From positions 252 through 64,251 of the forward strand of contig JBAZTO010000019.1 of assembly GCA_041661865.1 (NCBI GenBank): a stretch of 64,000 nucleotides of DNA. The letters are read 5' to 3'. The translations under genes and the position numbers were made by a program. The notes below the pieces were generated by a model that worked only from the letters and a program-made list of their open reading frames with translations, was not told the DNA's origin and did no database searches. The DNA comes from Phycisphaerae bacterium (GTDB lineage Bacteria; Planctomycetota; Phycisphaerae; SM23-33). Within the stretch, counting starts at the first letter, position 1; every line of letters starts with the position of its first letter. Positions 17,751-29,985 of this stretch are shown here, piece after piece.

Positions 17751-18863
17751 ATGACGCGCAAGAGCCACGCCATCGCCGAACGGATGAGACTGCTGGACGC
17801 ATCGGGCATTCGTAAGGTCTTCGACCTGGCGGCCAAGATGAAGGATCCCATCAACCTGTCCATCGGTCAGCCGGATTTCGACGTGCCCGAGCCGATCAAG
17901 GAGGCCGCCATCCAGGCCATCCGCGATGGGCTCAACAAGTACACCCAGACCCAGGGCACCGAGGCCTTGCGGGCGGTCCTGGCCCGGCAGTGCCGCGAGG
18001 AATTCGGCTGGAATGACGACAGGCCTTACCTGGTCACCTCCGGCGTCAGCGGGGCGCTGATGCTGGCCATCCTGACCACCGTCAACCCCGGTGACGAGGT
18101 CATCCTGACCGACCCGTACTTTGTGATGTACGCGCACCTGGTCAACCTCGCCGGCGGCACTCCCGTGGGCGTGAGCACCTACGACGACTTCCGCCCCGAC
18201 GTCCAGAAGATCGCCGACGCCGTCACCGACCGCACGCGCCTGCTCATCATCAATTCCCCGGCCAATCCCACCGGGGCCGTTTACTCGCGCCAGGAACTCA
18301 AGGACATCGCCGAGATGGCCGCCCAGCGCGACCTGCTGGTCGTCAGCGACGAGATCTACAACCTGTTCTGCTACGACGAGCCGTTCGTGTCCATGGCCGG
18401 CCTGTACGAAAACACGCTACTGATGCGGGGCTTTTCCAAGAGCTACGCGGTGACCGGCTGGCGAATGGGATGGTGTACCGGGCCCAAGGCCATCATCGAG
18501 AAGATGACCATGCTCCAGCAGTACAGTTTCGTTTGCGCGCCGAGCATGGCCCAGGCCGCCTCCATCGTGGCGCTGCGGACCGACATGTCGGCCGAAGTGG
18601 CGGCGTACAAGAAGAAACGCGACAGGGTCTACTCGGTGCTGGGGCCGGCGATGGGACTGGTCAAGCCCGGCGGGGCCTTCTACGCCTTCTGCCCGGCCCC
18701 CGGCGGCAACGCCACCGACTTCGTCGCCAAGGCCATCGCCAACAACGTGCTGGTCATCCCCGGCAACGTCTTCTCGACGCGGGACACGCACTTCCGCATC
18801 TCCTACGCCACCAGCGACGACAAACTCGCTCGCGGCCTGGAGATCCTGGCCAAGCTGGCGTAG
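17751..18863 (+). CDS. Pyridoxal-phosphate-dependent aminotransferase, class I (aspartate aminotransferase family)
   Basis: PLP-lysine region GFSKSYAVTGWRMGW, NSPANPTG motif; ATG at 17751. Confidence 0.85.
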   Translation: MTRKSHAIAERMRLLDASGIRKVFDLAAKMKDPINLSIGQPDFDVPEPIKEAAIQAIRDGLNKYTQTQGTEALRAVLARQCREEFGWNDDRPYLVTSGVSGALMLAILTTVNPGDEVILTDPYFVMYAHLVNLAGGTPVGVSTYDDFRPDVQKIADAVTDRTRLLIINSPANPTGAVYSRQELKDIAEMAAQRDLLVVSDEIYNLFCYDEPFVSMAGLYENTLLMRGFSKSYAVTGWRMGWCTGPKAIIEKMTMLQQYSFVCAPSMAQAASIVALRTDMSAEVAAYKKKRDRVYSVLGPAMGLVKPGGAFYAFCPAPGGNATDFVAKAIANNVLVIPGNVFSTRDTHFRISYATSDDKLARGLEILAKLA

Positions 18864-19009
18864 GAACTGGGAACCCCAGCCGGCGGAACGGAATACCGTG
18901 AGACCGGACTGGAAGGCGTGACGGGGGAGCAGCCTGCTGCCAAGTGACGTTCTTTGGCATTTTGCCGCCGCTGCGTCCGCGGAGGCTATTGTCGGCTGCG
19001 TGTCGTATA

Positions 19010-20356
19010 ATGGGGGTCGTGAGCAATCGGCGAGCGGCATTGGAAGACTTGCGGAAGAAGGTCTCGGCCTTGCCGACCGGCCCCGGCGTTTACCTGTTCA
19101 AGGACGCCGCCGGCGTGGTCCTCTACGTGGGCAAGGCCAAGAGCCTTCGCTCGCGCGTGGGCAGCTACTTCCAGCCGTCGGCGGACCTGATCGCCTCGCG
19201 CGGCCCGGACATCGAGCGGATGATCGCCGAGCTGGTCTGCGACGTGGACATCCTCGAATGCGACAGCGAGGTCGATGCCCTGCTCCGCGAAAGCCGGCTT
19301 ATCAAGGGCATCCAGCCGCGTTTCAACGAGCGCCAGAAGGACGACAAGACCTTCCCCTATCTCCAGGTGACCACCGGCGAGGACTTCCCGCGCGTCTCCA
19401 TCACCCGCCAGCCCCTGCGCAGCGGGGCCAGGCTGTACGGGCCGTTCGTCTCGCCGACGGACCTGCGGGCGGCGCTGCCGCTGATGCAGCGGGTCTTCAA
19501 GTTCCGCACCTGCACGCTGGACATTCTCGAAAGTGACGACTCGCGGCGGTTCTTCCGCCCCTGCATACTCTACAATATCAAGCAATGCACCGCGCCGTGC
19601 GCCGCGCACGTGGGCCAGGCCGACTACGGCCGGCAGATCGCGCGCTTCCGCGACTTTCTGGAGTCCAAGGGCACGGTGATCCGCCGCAAGTTCGCCGAGG
19701 AGATGAAGCAGGCGGCGGCCCGGCAGGACTACGAGCGGGCGGCGGAGCTTCGCGACGAGCTGGCGGCGCTGGAAGGCCTCCAGAAGCGCGGGCTCGTGCA
19801 TGAGCACGTCCAGCCGGAGGCGTTCTTCATCGACCCCACCGAAGGCCTGACGCGGCTGGCCGAGATCCTGGGCGCCGGGCCCATCCGCACGATCGAGGGC
19901 ATCGACATCGCCCACCTGGCCGGCGAGGGGATGTGCGGCTCGATGGTCTGCTTCATCGACGGCAAGCCCTTCAAGAGCGCCTATCGCCGCTACAAGATCA
20001 AGACCGTCGCGGGCGTGGACGACTTCGCCTCCATCCGCGAGGTCGTCTGGCGGCGATACAAGCTGGCGGGCATGAACGAGGAATTATTCCCCGATGTCAT
20101 CCTGATCGACGGCGGCAAGGGGCAGCTTTCCGCGGCGTACGACGCCTTCGAGGGCCTGGAGTTTCGCCCGCCGGCGCTGCTGTCGCTAGCCAAGCGCGAG
20201 GAGGAATTGTTCATCCACGGCCGAGATGAGCCGCTGCGCCTGCCGCGCAACGACGTGGCCCTTCGCCTCCTGATGGCCGTTCGCGACGAGGCCCATCGCT
20301 TCGCCCAGCACTACCACCACGTCCTGCGGCGACGGGCAACGTTCGAGGAAGAATAG
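19010..20356 (+). CDS. uvrC: Excinuclease ABC subunit C-like protein (GIY-YIG, UvrB-binding and RNase H-like endonuclease domains; lacks the C-terminal (HhH)2 domain)
   Basis: GIY-YIG (GVYLFKDAAGVVLYVGKAKSLRSRV), UVR-like helix (YERAAELRDELAALE), UvrC RNase H-like region; about 450 aa versus about 600 for canonical UvrC. Confidence 0.7.
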   Translation: MGVVSNRRAALEDLRKKVSALPTGPGVYLFKDAAGVVLYVGKAKSLRSRVGSYFQPSADLIASRGPDIERMIAELVCDVDILECDSEVDALLRESRLIKGIQPRFNERQKDDKTFPYLQVTTGEDFPRVSITRQPLRSGARLYGPFVSPTDLRAALPLMQRVFKFRTCTLDILESDDSRRFFRPCILYNIKQCTAPCAAHVGQADYGRQIARFRDFLESKGTVIRRKFAEEMKQAAARQDYERAAELRDELAALEGLQKRGLVHEHVQPEAFFIDPTEGLTRLAEILGAGPIRTIEGIDIAHLAGEGMCGSMVCFIDGKPFKSAYRRYKIKTVAGVDDFASIREVVWRRYKLAGMNEELFPDVILIDGGKGQLSAAYDAFEGLEFRPPALLSLAKREEELFIHGRDEPLRLPRNDVALRLLMAVRDEAHRFAQHYHHVLRRRATFEEE

Positions 20357-20455
20357 TTTAGCCCCTTGCATGACCGTCGTTGTCTCCGCACTCCGCACCC
20401 GTCTCCGGCAGGCAAGCTCCACACTATTCTCTTCCGAACCGGCCGTAAAAGTAGA

Positions 20456-21694
20456 TCACGCCGATGATGACGACGAGAGGTCCTTGCCGCGAAGAGCAAA
20501 CCAGAGAGTGCCCAATGCCCCGAAACCGAAGGCCGTCAGCAGGTTGATCGTCGGGCCCACGTCGGCGATACGCCACAGGAACGCCCCGCCAAAGGCTGCA
20601 ATTGATACGATCACGTCGCGAATGAGGTAATACAGTCCGAATACTCCTGCTTTGCGGTCCTCAGGGGCCAGATCCATGATCAGTGCTTTTCGCGTCGGCT
20701 CTCCGAACTCCTTCAGGCCGCGTAAGACGAAGGCAAGGATCAGCATTTCAAATGAGCGGGAAAACAGCAGTAACAGCGGAAAGAGGGTGAAAAACACGAA
20801 GGTCATCACCACGAAGGGCTTTTTGTGACCACGGTCGGCAAGGTAAGCCACCGGGATATAGATGAGGATGGCCGTGGCCATTTCGATGGTACGCAGAACG
20901 CCGAATTGCACCGCGCTGACGGGGCCTGGATGTGCGGCCGTGCCCACGGCCCAGATAACCACAAAGGCATACGGTATCTGTTCACAGAAGCGAACCAGGA
21001 TGTCCGACACCAGCAGGTTTCGCAGGTCGGGCGTCAGGTATTTCACAAGGCGGAACGGATTGTGCTCAGCGATGTTTGTCTTCGTCTGCCGGTCCTCGAT
21101 GGGGTCATCCGCGATCAACATCTGCTGAAGAACCGCGGCCACGATCGCCATGACCAGTGCGCCGACGAAGGCCAGCCGAACGCCGTCGGTCACGCCCCAA
21201 ATCTGGATGAAGACCCCGCCAAGGACAGGCCCCAACGCCATCGGCACGCGCCGGACCAGCGAATGGACCGACACGCCCATGGTCCGCTTGTTCTTCGGAA
21301 GCACGCGGGCCACCAGGCTCATGGTCGCCGGCAGTGAAATCGCCGTCCATGACAGGAACAGCACGGCCCCGGCCAGGACCGCCTGCCAGGTGGGAATGAA
21401 CACGACGATCAGAAAACCGATCATCGCAATCATGTTGAAAATCAGCAGAGCCCGCTTGATGCCTAGACGATCGGACAGGTAACCGCCAGGAAACGAGTAC
21501 AGTGCGCCCAAAAGGTTATCCATCCCATTGAGGAAGCCGACCGAGAGAAACCCGCCGCCGAGGGCGATCAGGTACAACGGAAGAAACTGCTCGGCCATGT
21601 GCTCGCCCATGCCGACCAGGATCACCATGCTCAGTAGGCCGACAATGCTGCGCTTGAGCCCGAGGAATTCCGCCAAGTGATTCAACTTCGTCAT
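20456..21694 (-). CDS. MFS transporter
   Basis: 412 aa, 12 predicted TM helices, MFS motif A-like GYLSDRLGIKRALL. Confidence 0.8.
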   Translation of the reverse strand: MTKLNHLAEFLGLKRSIVGLLSMVILVGMGEHMAEQFLPLYLIALGGGFLSVGFLNGMDNLLGALYSFPGGYLSDRLGIKRALLIFNMIAMIGFLIVVFIPTWQAVLAGAVLFLSWTAISLPATMSLVARVLPKNKRTMGVSVHSLVRRVPMALGPVLGGVFIQIWGVTDGVRLAFVGALVMAIVAAVLQQMLIADDPIEDRQTKTNIAEHNPFRLVKYLTPDLRNLLVSDILVRFCEQIPYAFVVIWAVGTAAHPGPVSAVQFGVLRTIEMATAILIYIPVAYLADRGHKKPFVVMTFVFFTLFPLLLLFSRSFEMLILAFVLRGLKEFGEPTRKALIMDLAPEDRKAGVFGLYYLIRDVIVSIAAFGGAFLWRIADVGPTINLLTAFGFGALGTLWFALRGKDLSSSSSA

Positions 21695-21878
21695 GGCATG
21701 ACCACCTTACTTGCCGCTTGGCTACCTCCAGGCTGTAGCGGCATTGGACCTTTCCTTGCATCACGGATGGGTATTCTATCCGCCCCATTGTCGGTGGGGG
21801 GAAAATCCGTGATGTCTGGCTGGGACGGCTTACAATTATCCGCGGCCCTCAATGAAATGGAAATGAAAGGGACAAATC

Positions 21879-22499
21879 ATGCTGGCTCTGCAAAGTGGCG
21901 GCCCCGCGGTTCCATTCATCGACTTCCTGACTTTGATGCTGACCAACATGTCCGCCGGGCTGTGTATCCTGGCCTTCTTCCTGGTCTGGGGCCTGTCGCG
22001 TGAGGACCGCCGGCCCTGGGCGGCCGGCTTTGCCATGGTGGGCCTGGTGGCGACGGTCAGCGGGCTCCACATGAGCCTGACCTGGCCCATCACCGTCGCC
22101 GGTGAGTACAACCTCCGCTTTGCCAACCTGGCCTTCGGGGAGATGTCGGTCCTGGTGGGCATCCTGTTCCTGGGCGCTGGCGGCGTACTGGCCTGGCGGA
22201 TGAGCATGGCGCCCATCGCGATCTACGCAGCCATCGCGGCGGCCATGGCTGTCGCGCTGGGCATCCGCATCGAGGGGCTGGGGCTGACCGCAAAACCAGC
22301 CCTGACGTGTGGGGGCTTCGTCCTGACGGCGATCGGCGGCTTGGGGGCGGCGTTGGCTGCCACCGTCAAGATGCCCCTGGGCGTTCGTATCGCCAATGCC
22401 GTGGTATTGTTGGTCGCCGCTGCCATCTGGCTGGCGACGGCCATCCTGGCATACTGGGCGCACATGCAGAGCCTCTCGGGCAAGACCGGAGGATTGTAA
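21879..22499 (+). CDS. Hypothetical polytopic membrane protein (DUF981-like, tentative)
   Basis: 206 aa, 6-7 hydrophobic helices. Confidence 0.4.
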   Translation: MLALQSGGPAVPFIDFLTLMLTNMSAGLCILAFFLVWGLSREDRRPWAAGFAMVGLVATVSGLHMSLTWPITVAGEYNLRFANLAFGEMSVLVGILFLGAGGVLAWRMSMAPIAIYAAIAAAMAVALGIRIEGLGLTAKPALTCGGFVLTAIGGLGAALAATVKMPLGVRIANAVVLLVAAAIWLATAILAYWAHMQSLSGKTGGL

Positions 22500-22517
22500 G
22501 CACCGGGGCTGGGTGGT

Positions 22518-24614
22518 TCAGGCTGGCCCCTTGGCATCGCCCGAGGCGAACTCCATGGGTTCGATGAAAAAGCCGTGGAGCGAACACTGTACGAGGGTGC
22601 CTGACAAAGGGCCTGGAACGACCTCCAATGCCGCCCCGATCATCTTGGCGCGATACGTCATGGTCCGCAGGCCCATGCCGGGCAGGGAGCACTGGGTCGG
22701 GTCGAAGCCGGCCCCATTGTCCTCGACGCTCAAGGTCATATTTCCCGGCCCGGTTGTCTCGACGCCGATGATGATCCGCGAGGCATGGGCATGCTTGATG
22801 GCATTGTTGACCGCCTCGTGGCAGATGTAATAGAGCTGCGTGGCGGCCGTCTCGTCGTGGACCAGGACGATCCGGGGGCAGTGGAACTGGCAGGGGATTC
22901 GGAACAGGCTGGTCGTCGTCGAGGCCAGTTGTTGGAGGGCGGCCAGCAGGCCGTCGGCCTTGAGATCGACCGGGCAAAGTCCCTTGGCCAGGCCGCGGGT
23001 TTGTTCGAGCGTCTCGCGAACGACCCGGGAGACGTACTCCAGATCCCCCGTCGCATCGCCGGCCTTGTGGGCCAGTTTCTTACGCACCGCGCTGACCATG
23101 AAGGCGATGCCGGCCAGGCTGCTCTGGATGCTGTCGTGCAAGTCCCGGCCGATGCGCCGCCGCTCGCGCTCGGTCGCCTCCAGCACTTCTCTCTGGACGC
23201 GAACGCGGTCGGTGATCTCGGTGAAGACGCACATCACGCCGGTGACCTGCCCCTCCTGGCCGTAAAGCGGGGAATACCGAGCCTCGAAGACCAGCCCGCC
23301 GTATCCCACCTCCGCCGCCACCTGCTGGCCTGCCTTGGCCCGCGCGATCTGCTCGAGGATCTCGGGCCGCTCTCCGAACAGGTCCTCAATTCGGCGTCCC
23401 ACGATCTGGTCGGAGGACATCCCGATCAGGTCGAGTCTTCCATCCGCCAGGGTGCAGAGGTTCTCGGCGTCGATGGTCCAGATGATTACCGGCGCGCTGT
23501 GGACGACCCGCTGAAGGTGCATCTGACTTTGCCGCAGCGCCGCGCGGGTGCGAATGGCCACGATGCCGTAGGCCAGGTTGTCGGCCAGGTCGGTCAGCAC
23601 CTTGGCTTGTGTCAGGCTGAAGACCCGGGGCTTGTCCGCGTAGACCGTCAAGGCGCCGAAGGTCTTGCCGTCGGCCCTGAGCGGCACGGCAATGGACGAG
23701 CGGAAACCCCGTTTTACCGCCTGCTCCCGCCACGGGGCCAGTTCCGGGTCGGACAGGAAATCTCCGCCCACTCGCGTTTCACCCAGGCGGATGGCCGAGC
23801 CGGTGGGACCGCGGCCCATCTCGGTGTCCGACCAGGTGATTCCCGCCTGCTCGAGGTAGCCCTCCTCGAACCCCACGTGCGCCACCGGCCGGACCGTCTT
23901 GGCCTCGTCAGGCTCGGCATAGCCGACCCATGCCATGCGGTAGCCGCCGACGTCCAGGATGATCCGGCAGATCTCCTGGACCATCGCTCGTTCGTCATCG
24001 ATCCGGACCAGGGCCTCGTTGCACTGGCTGACCATCTGCATGATGCGGTTGGCGGCCTGGAGTTCCTCCTCGGCCATCAAACGGTCACGAACCTCCAACT
24101 CCAGGCGGTCAACGGTGCTGGCCAACTGGGATGTTCGCTCTCGGACTTTTGCCTCCATCTCGGCGTGGGCCCGCTGAAGTTCCTGCTGGCCGGCCTTGCG
24201 CTGGATGGCGTAGCGGATGGATCGTTCCAGCACCTCGGGCCTGATATTGTCCTTGGTCAGGTAATCCTGCGCACCCCTGCGGACCGCCTCGATGCCGGCC
24301 TGCTCGTCACTGAGCCCCGTCAGCACGATGATCGGCACATGGGCCGCGACGGCGTTGACGCGATCGACGGTCGCAAGGCCCGCGCTATCGGGGAGAGAGA
24401 GGTCCAGGAGGACCGCGTCGAAGGGCGACTTGCCCAGCAGGATCAGCGCCTCGCTCAGGTTGGTGGTGGCGGTAAGCTCGAAACGTCCGTGCAGGGACGC
24501 GCCCAGCGTCTCCTTCAACAACAGGGCGTCGCCGGGGTGGTCTTCGACCAACAAGATACGCAGGCCCCCCTCACTGTCCCTTATGTCCGTTGTCAAGAAC
24601 CGCATTCCTTCCAC
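22518..24614 (-). CDS. Hybrid sensor histidine kinase: N-terminal receiver, GAF/PAS sensors, HisKA_3-type kinase core
   Basis: REC (RILLVEDHPGDALLL...FDAVLLDLSLPD...IIVLTG), GAF/PAS regions, H-box RIGRDLHDSIQSSL (HisKA_3), HATPase_c (HEAVNNAIKHAHA... VEDNGAGF). Confidence 0.85.
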   Translation of the reverse strand: MEGMRFLTTDIRDSEGGLRILLVEDHPGDALLLKETLGASLHGRFELTATTNLSEALILLGKSPFDAVLLDLSLPDSAGLATVDRVNAVAAHVPIIVLTGLSDEQAGIEAVRRGAQDYLTKDNIRPEVLERSIRYAIQRKAGQQELQRAHAEMEAKVRERTSQLASTVDRLELEVRDRLMAEEELQAANRIMQMVSQCNEALVRIDDERAMVQEICRIILDVGGYRMAWVGYAEPDEAKTVRPVAHVGFEEGYLEQAGITWSDTEMGRGPTGSAIRLGETRVGGDFLSDPELAPWREQAVKRGFRSSIAVPLRADGKTFGALTVYADKPRVFSLTQAKVLTDLADNLAYGIVAIRTRAALRQSQMHLQRVVHSAPVIIWTIDAENLCTLADGRLDLIGMSSDQIVGRRIEDLFGERPEILEQIARAKAGQQVAAEVGYGGLVFEARYSPLYGQEGQVTGVMCVFTEITDRVRVQREVLEATERERRRIGRDLHDSIQSSLAGIAFMVSAVRKKLAHKAGDATGDLEYVSRVVRETLEQTRGLAKGLCPVDLKADGLLAALQQLASTTTSLFRIPCQFHCPRIVLVHDETAATQLYYICHEAVNNAIKHAHASRIIIGVETTGPGNMTLSVEDNGAGFDPTQCSLPGMGLRTMTYRAKMIGAALEVVPGPLSGTLVQCSLHGFFIEPMEFASGDAKGPA

Positions 24615-24680
24615 TTACGGCGGTATATGTCCAGACCTGCCGACCCTGTTCCGACGAGGAAAAACTGACGGCAAAACGCT

Positions 24681-25109
24681 CTAATTTGTCATAGCCGATG
24701 CCCAGAACGCCTGAATCTGCCGGAAGACTTCGATCAGTGCGGAGAACGTAGTCGGCTTGACCATATAGAGCGTCTTCGCGGGGTCGCATCCGTCCACGAC
24801 ACTCTGCTCCTCGCGGCTGCTGGTCAGCACCACCAGTGGGATGCGTCGCAACGCGGCGTCGGCCTGGAGGTCGCTGAGCACATCCCGGCCATTCTTGCGG
24901 GGAAGGTTCAGGTCTAACAGGATCAGGTTCGGCCGGGGGGCCTGGCTGAATCGGCCCCGGCGAAAAAGATACTCCTCCGCCTCCACGCCGTCATGCACGA
25001 CGTTGAGATGGTGGACCACCTCGGCGTCCTTCAATGCTTCCTTAGCCAGAAGCACATCGCCCAGGTTGTCTTCCACCAGAAGGATTTCCATTACCTCAGT
25101 GCTGTTCAT
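24681..25109 (-). CDS. Stand-alone response regulator receiver protein (CheY-like)
   Basis: MEILLVEDNLGDVLL... NLILLDLNLPRKNG ... LVVLTSS ... MVKP; start M chosen near the receiver domain start. Confidence 0.8.
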   Translation of the reverse strand: MNSTEVMEILLVEDNLGDVLLAKEALKDAEVVHHLNVVHDGVEAEEYLFRRGRFSQAPRPNLILLDLNLPRKNGRDVLSDLQADAALRRIPLVVLTSSREEQSVVDGCDPAKTLYMVKPTTFSALIEVFRQIQAFWASAMTN

Positions 25110-25338
25110 GGGTTGCATCTCCATGCCTGAAAAGCGCCCGATCCTTCCAAGCGCCCCTCTCTGTTTTTCGCTCATCTTCCGCTGGCCCGCGCCCTCTCCC
25201 GCCGACTACTCCATTGTAGCCGAAGACCCGCCGGAGGTGTGCCTTTCCACAGAATAAGCTTCCGATACCCGGAGGACGACTTTTTTCGCGGGCAGCGCTG
25301 TCCGTGAAGATGATGTCGAACCGCATCCGTGCCGGCCG

Positions 25339-27207
25339 TCAAAGCCAGTGGCGCACCAGGCCGGCGCTGGATTCCAGGATCAACTGGAGCCAGGACCGCG
25401 ATTCGTGTTCCCACAGGGTGACCTGGTGGCAACAGGCCAGGTCCATGAACGTTTGTTTCCGCAGGGTGATGGCGAAGTCGGGGTCGGCCACGACGGCCAC
25501 GTCCTCGAGTTGGTGAAACAGGCTGCGGTGGTCGAAATTGTAGCTGCCGACGATGGCCCAGCAGTCGTCGATGACGGCCGTCTTGGCGTGCAGCATTCCG
25601 TGGGGCCACTCAAAGATGTGGATCCCGCGCTCGAGCAGGCCGCTGTAGAGGCCGCGGCTGGCGTAGGCGGCCAGGGTTATGTCGCTGTAGCGGGCGACGG
25701 CCACCGCAACGTAGACCCCTCGCCGGGCGGCGCGGGCCAGTTCGGCGCGGATCGCGCGGCTGGGAATGAAGTAGGCGTTCTCGATGAGGATATACCGCCG
25801 CGCGGCGCGGATGGCGTGCAGGTAGGCCTGCTGGATGCGGTGGCGGAATCGCTGTTCGTCGTTGCCGATGACCTGAACGGGCAGGCCCTCCCCGACCAGG
25901 CCCGCTTGCGGAACCGGAGGGCCTTCGCGCCGCAGGGCGACGATCTTGTCCAGGCGGCTGCGGAGTCGTCGTTTGAGATTTCCGCGCTGTACGATGGAAT
26001 GTGGAGTGGCCTTCCGCCAGCCCCTATTGAAAAGGTGCAGGCCGGCTGCGGCGACCTCGGGGCCCTCCAGCCGCACATGTGTGTCGCGCCACCCCTTGCC
26101 GCCTTCTTCCACGGGGGCATTGTCGTCGGAAATATTCAGGCCGCCAGTGAAGAAGATGTGGCGATCGACCAGGAGGATCTTGCGGTGGTCGCGCCGCTGC
26201 ATGCCGCGAAACGGATGAGGAAACAGCGGCGGGCGGTAAACCGACACGTCGACCCCCGCGTCGGCCAGTTCCTGGACGAACCGGTTGCTCAGGCCCAGCG
26301 AGCCGATGTAGTCGTAAAGCAGCCGCACGCGGATGCCTCGCCGGGCGGCGCGCAGCAGGGCCTGCTGAAACCGCGTGCCGATATGGTCGGCGTAGAGGAT
26401 GTAGGTTTCCAGATCCACGCTCTGGGTGGCCGAGTCGATGGCCGCGAGCATCTCTCCGAAGCCCTGGCCGCCGTCGACCAGGAGCCTGGCCGATGAGGCG
26501 CGCTGAATGTGCGCGGGCCAGCGGATGTAGCGGCTGACAATCTCGGCGCGGCTGAGCGGGACGGCCGGGGCCTGCCCCAGTTCAGGCCCGGCCTTGCGGG
26601 GCCGGACCCGTGCCCGGCGCGAGCGACCACCGTGGAGCCGGGCCCGCCAGGTCCACACGGCGATGACGGTGACGGGATAGGCGACCACCGCGGCGACGGC
26701 GCCGGTGAGAATGACCCCCAGCAGCAGCGGCCCGGCCGCGTCACCCAGGCCACACAGAACGGGCAGCAGGCCCTTGATCGACTCGCGCAGTTCCAACCAC
26801 TGCCACTCGGCCACCACCGCACGCAACGCAGTCATCGCCTCCTTCGCCCCGGCTGCCTTGAGCGGCCAGAGCAAGGCACCGACCTCGTATTGCAGATAGG
26901 CCAGCGGGATCATCGTCACGGCGTTACTGATGAACTGGGGGATGAGGGAGACGGCTTTGTTGCCCCGTGCCAGCCAGGCGGCCAGCAGGGACAAGGGGAT
27001 CTGGAGGCCCGGAAGCGGAAAGGCCGCCGCGAAGGCCCCCGCCGCCGCCCCGCGTGCAATTCGGGCGGCGGAATCGTGATACCCCATGACGTCGCGGAAA
27101 CGCCGCATCGCGCGGCCGCGAAGGCGCCTGGCCTGTGACAGAATTCCGCTGGGGCGCGACATCCTCTTTCCGATTCTCCCGCCTGTCTCCTGAGCGGATC
27201 GTTCCAT
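25339..27207 (-). CDS. DUF2062 membrane domain fused to phospholipase D / cardiolipin synthase-like enzyme (two HKD motifs)
   Basis: HKD motifs HRKILLVDRH...GGLN and HAKTAVIDD...GSYNFD; N-terminal about 200-aa membrane region. Confidence 0.8.
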   Translation of the reverse strand: MERSAQETGGRIGKRMSRPSGILSQARRLRGRAMRRFRDVMGYHDSAARIARGAAAGAFAAAFPLPGLQIPLSLLAAWLARGNKAVSLIPQFISNAVTMIPLAYLQYEVGALLWPLKAAGAKEAMTALRAVVAEWQWLELRESIKGLLPVLCGLGDAAGPLLLGVILTGAVAAVVAYPVTVIAVWTWRARLHGGRSRRARVRPRKAGPELGQAPAVPLSRAEIVSRYIRWPAHIQRASSARLLVDGGQGFGEMLAAIDSATQSVDLETYILYADHIGTRFQQALLRAARRGIRVRLLYDYIGSLGLSNRFVQELADAGVDVSVYRPPLFPHPFRGMQRRDHRKILLVDRHIFFTGGLNISDDNAPVEEGGKGWRDTHVRLEGPEVAAAGLHLFNRGWRKATPHSIVQRGNLKRRLRSRLDKIVALRREGPPVPQAGLVGEGLPVQVIGNDEQRFRHRIQQAYLHAIRAARRYILIENAYFIPSRAIRAELARAARRGVYVAVAVARYSDITLAAYASRGLYSGLLERGIHIFEWPHGMLHAKTAVIDDCWAIVGSYNFDHRSLFHQLEDVAVVADPDFAITLRKQTFMDLACCHQVTLWEHESRSWLQLILESSAGLVRHWL

Positions 27208-27492
27208 TATCAGGCCTTAGCCAAGTATAGCAAAGCGATGTTGCCCGACTTTTGTGCCATGATGAAGCCCCGTCCGAGGCGGAAAAGCATGCCTTGGGGC
27301 GGTGGCTACCTACAATAGCCCGTCGGCTGGCCCTGATTTGGGCCAGTTGTATTATCGGCCGATGGCGGCGTTCGCCGATACTTGGGGTTATCACGACTGA
27401 AGCAGCCGGTCGTCGGTAGCCCGCGGCCCGGAGGCCGCCTCCGGGACGCCGGCTGCGCGCTGCCGGCTATTATGGATGACGAGGAGTCTTGT

Positions 27493-29193
<1,701 letters not shown>

Positions 29194-29199
29194 GCGGTA

Positions 29200-29226
29200 G
29201 GGCGTGCAACTCGTTGCACGCGGAAT
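29200..29226. terminator. REP-like palindromic hairpin (GCGTGCAAC-tcg-GTTGCACGC), bidirectional terminator between GH57 gene and hypB
   Basis: Perfect 9-bp stem with 3-nt loop between convergent stops (29193 and 29335); second copy of the 8998-9024 element. Confidence 0.5.
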
Positions 29227-29334
29227 GAAGTCAAGCACGGCTGCAAACACCGCAGCCGTGGCACCTATCCCAAAGTTGGGCGCCGTGGCCTGCCTGCCGC
29301 AGGCAGGTTGTGGCGTTTGCGATCACGATTGAAC

Positions 29335-29985
29335 CTAGCGTTTGCCCGCCTCGCGGAGCCACTCCACGACCTTGTCGATGCCCGCGCCGTTGCGGGCGGA
29401 GACTTCAAAGATCGGGGCAGCGGCATTGACGGCGCGGACGCCGGCGACGAAGTTGTCCATCGTGAATTCCACGTGGCCCAGCAGGTCGATCTTGTTGAGG
29501 ACCACCGCGTCGGCCAGGCGGAAGATGGCGGGGTATTTCACCGGCTTGTCGTCGCCCTCGGGCACGGAGGCCACCACCAGGCGCAGGCTCTCGCCGAGGC
29601 GGAAATCGGCCGGGCAAATCAGGTTGCCGATGTTCTCGATGAACAGGAAGCCCGGCCCCCGCAGCGTCAGCTTGTCCAGGGCCGAGGCGACCATGCTCGC
29701 GTCCAGATGGCAGCCGCCGCCGGTGTTGATCTGCGTGGCGGCAAAACCCAGGGCGATGATGCGGTCGGTGTCGATGGAGGAGGCGACGTCGCCCTCGACG
29801 ACGGCGTTGTTCAGTTCGCCCGGCAGGGCCTGGAGCAGGCGGACGATGAACGTGGTCTTGCCGGCCCCCGGCGAGGCCAGGATGTTGACGCCCGAGATGC
29901 CCAGGCCGGCCAGCCGCTGGGCGTTGGTGAGGGCCTGCTGATCGTTATCGCTCAGGACATTCTTGCGGACGTTGATTTTCATCAT
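29335..29985 (-). CDS. hypB: Hydrogenase/urease nickel incorporation GTPase HypB
   Basis: P-loop GSPGAGKTT, ENIGNLICP, NKIDL motifs of HypB/UreG-family GTPases. Confidence 0.85.
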   Translation of the reverse strand: MMKINVRKNVLSDNDQQALTNAQRLAGLGISGVNILASPGAGKTTFIVRLLQALPGELNNAVVEGDVASSIDTDRIIALGFAATQINTGGGCHLDASMVASALDKLTLRGPGFLFIENIGNLICPADFRLGESLRLVVASVPEGDDKPVKYPAIFRLADAVVLNKIDLLGHVEFTMDNFVAGVRAVNAAAPIFEVSARNGAGIDKVVEWLREAGKR

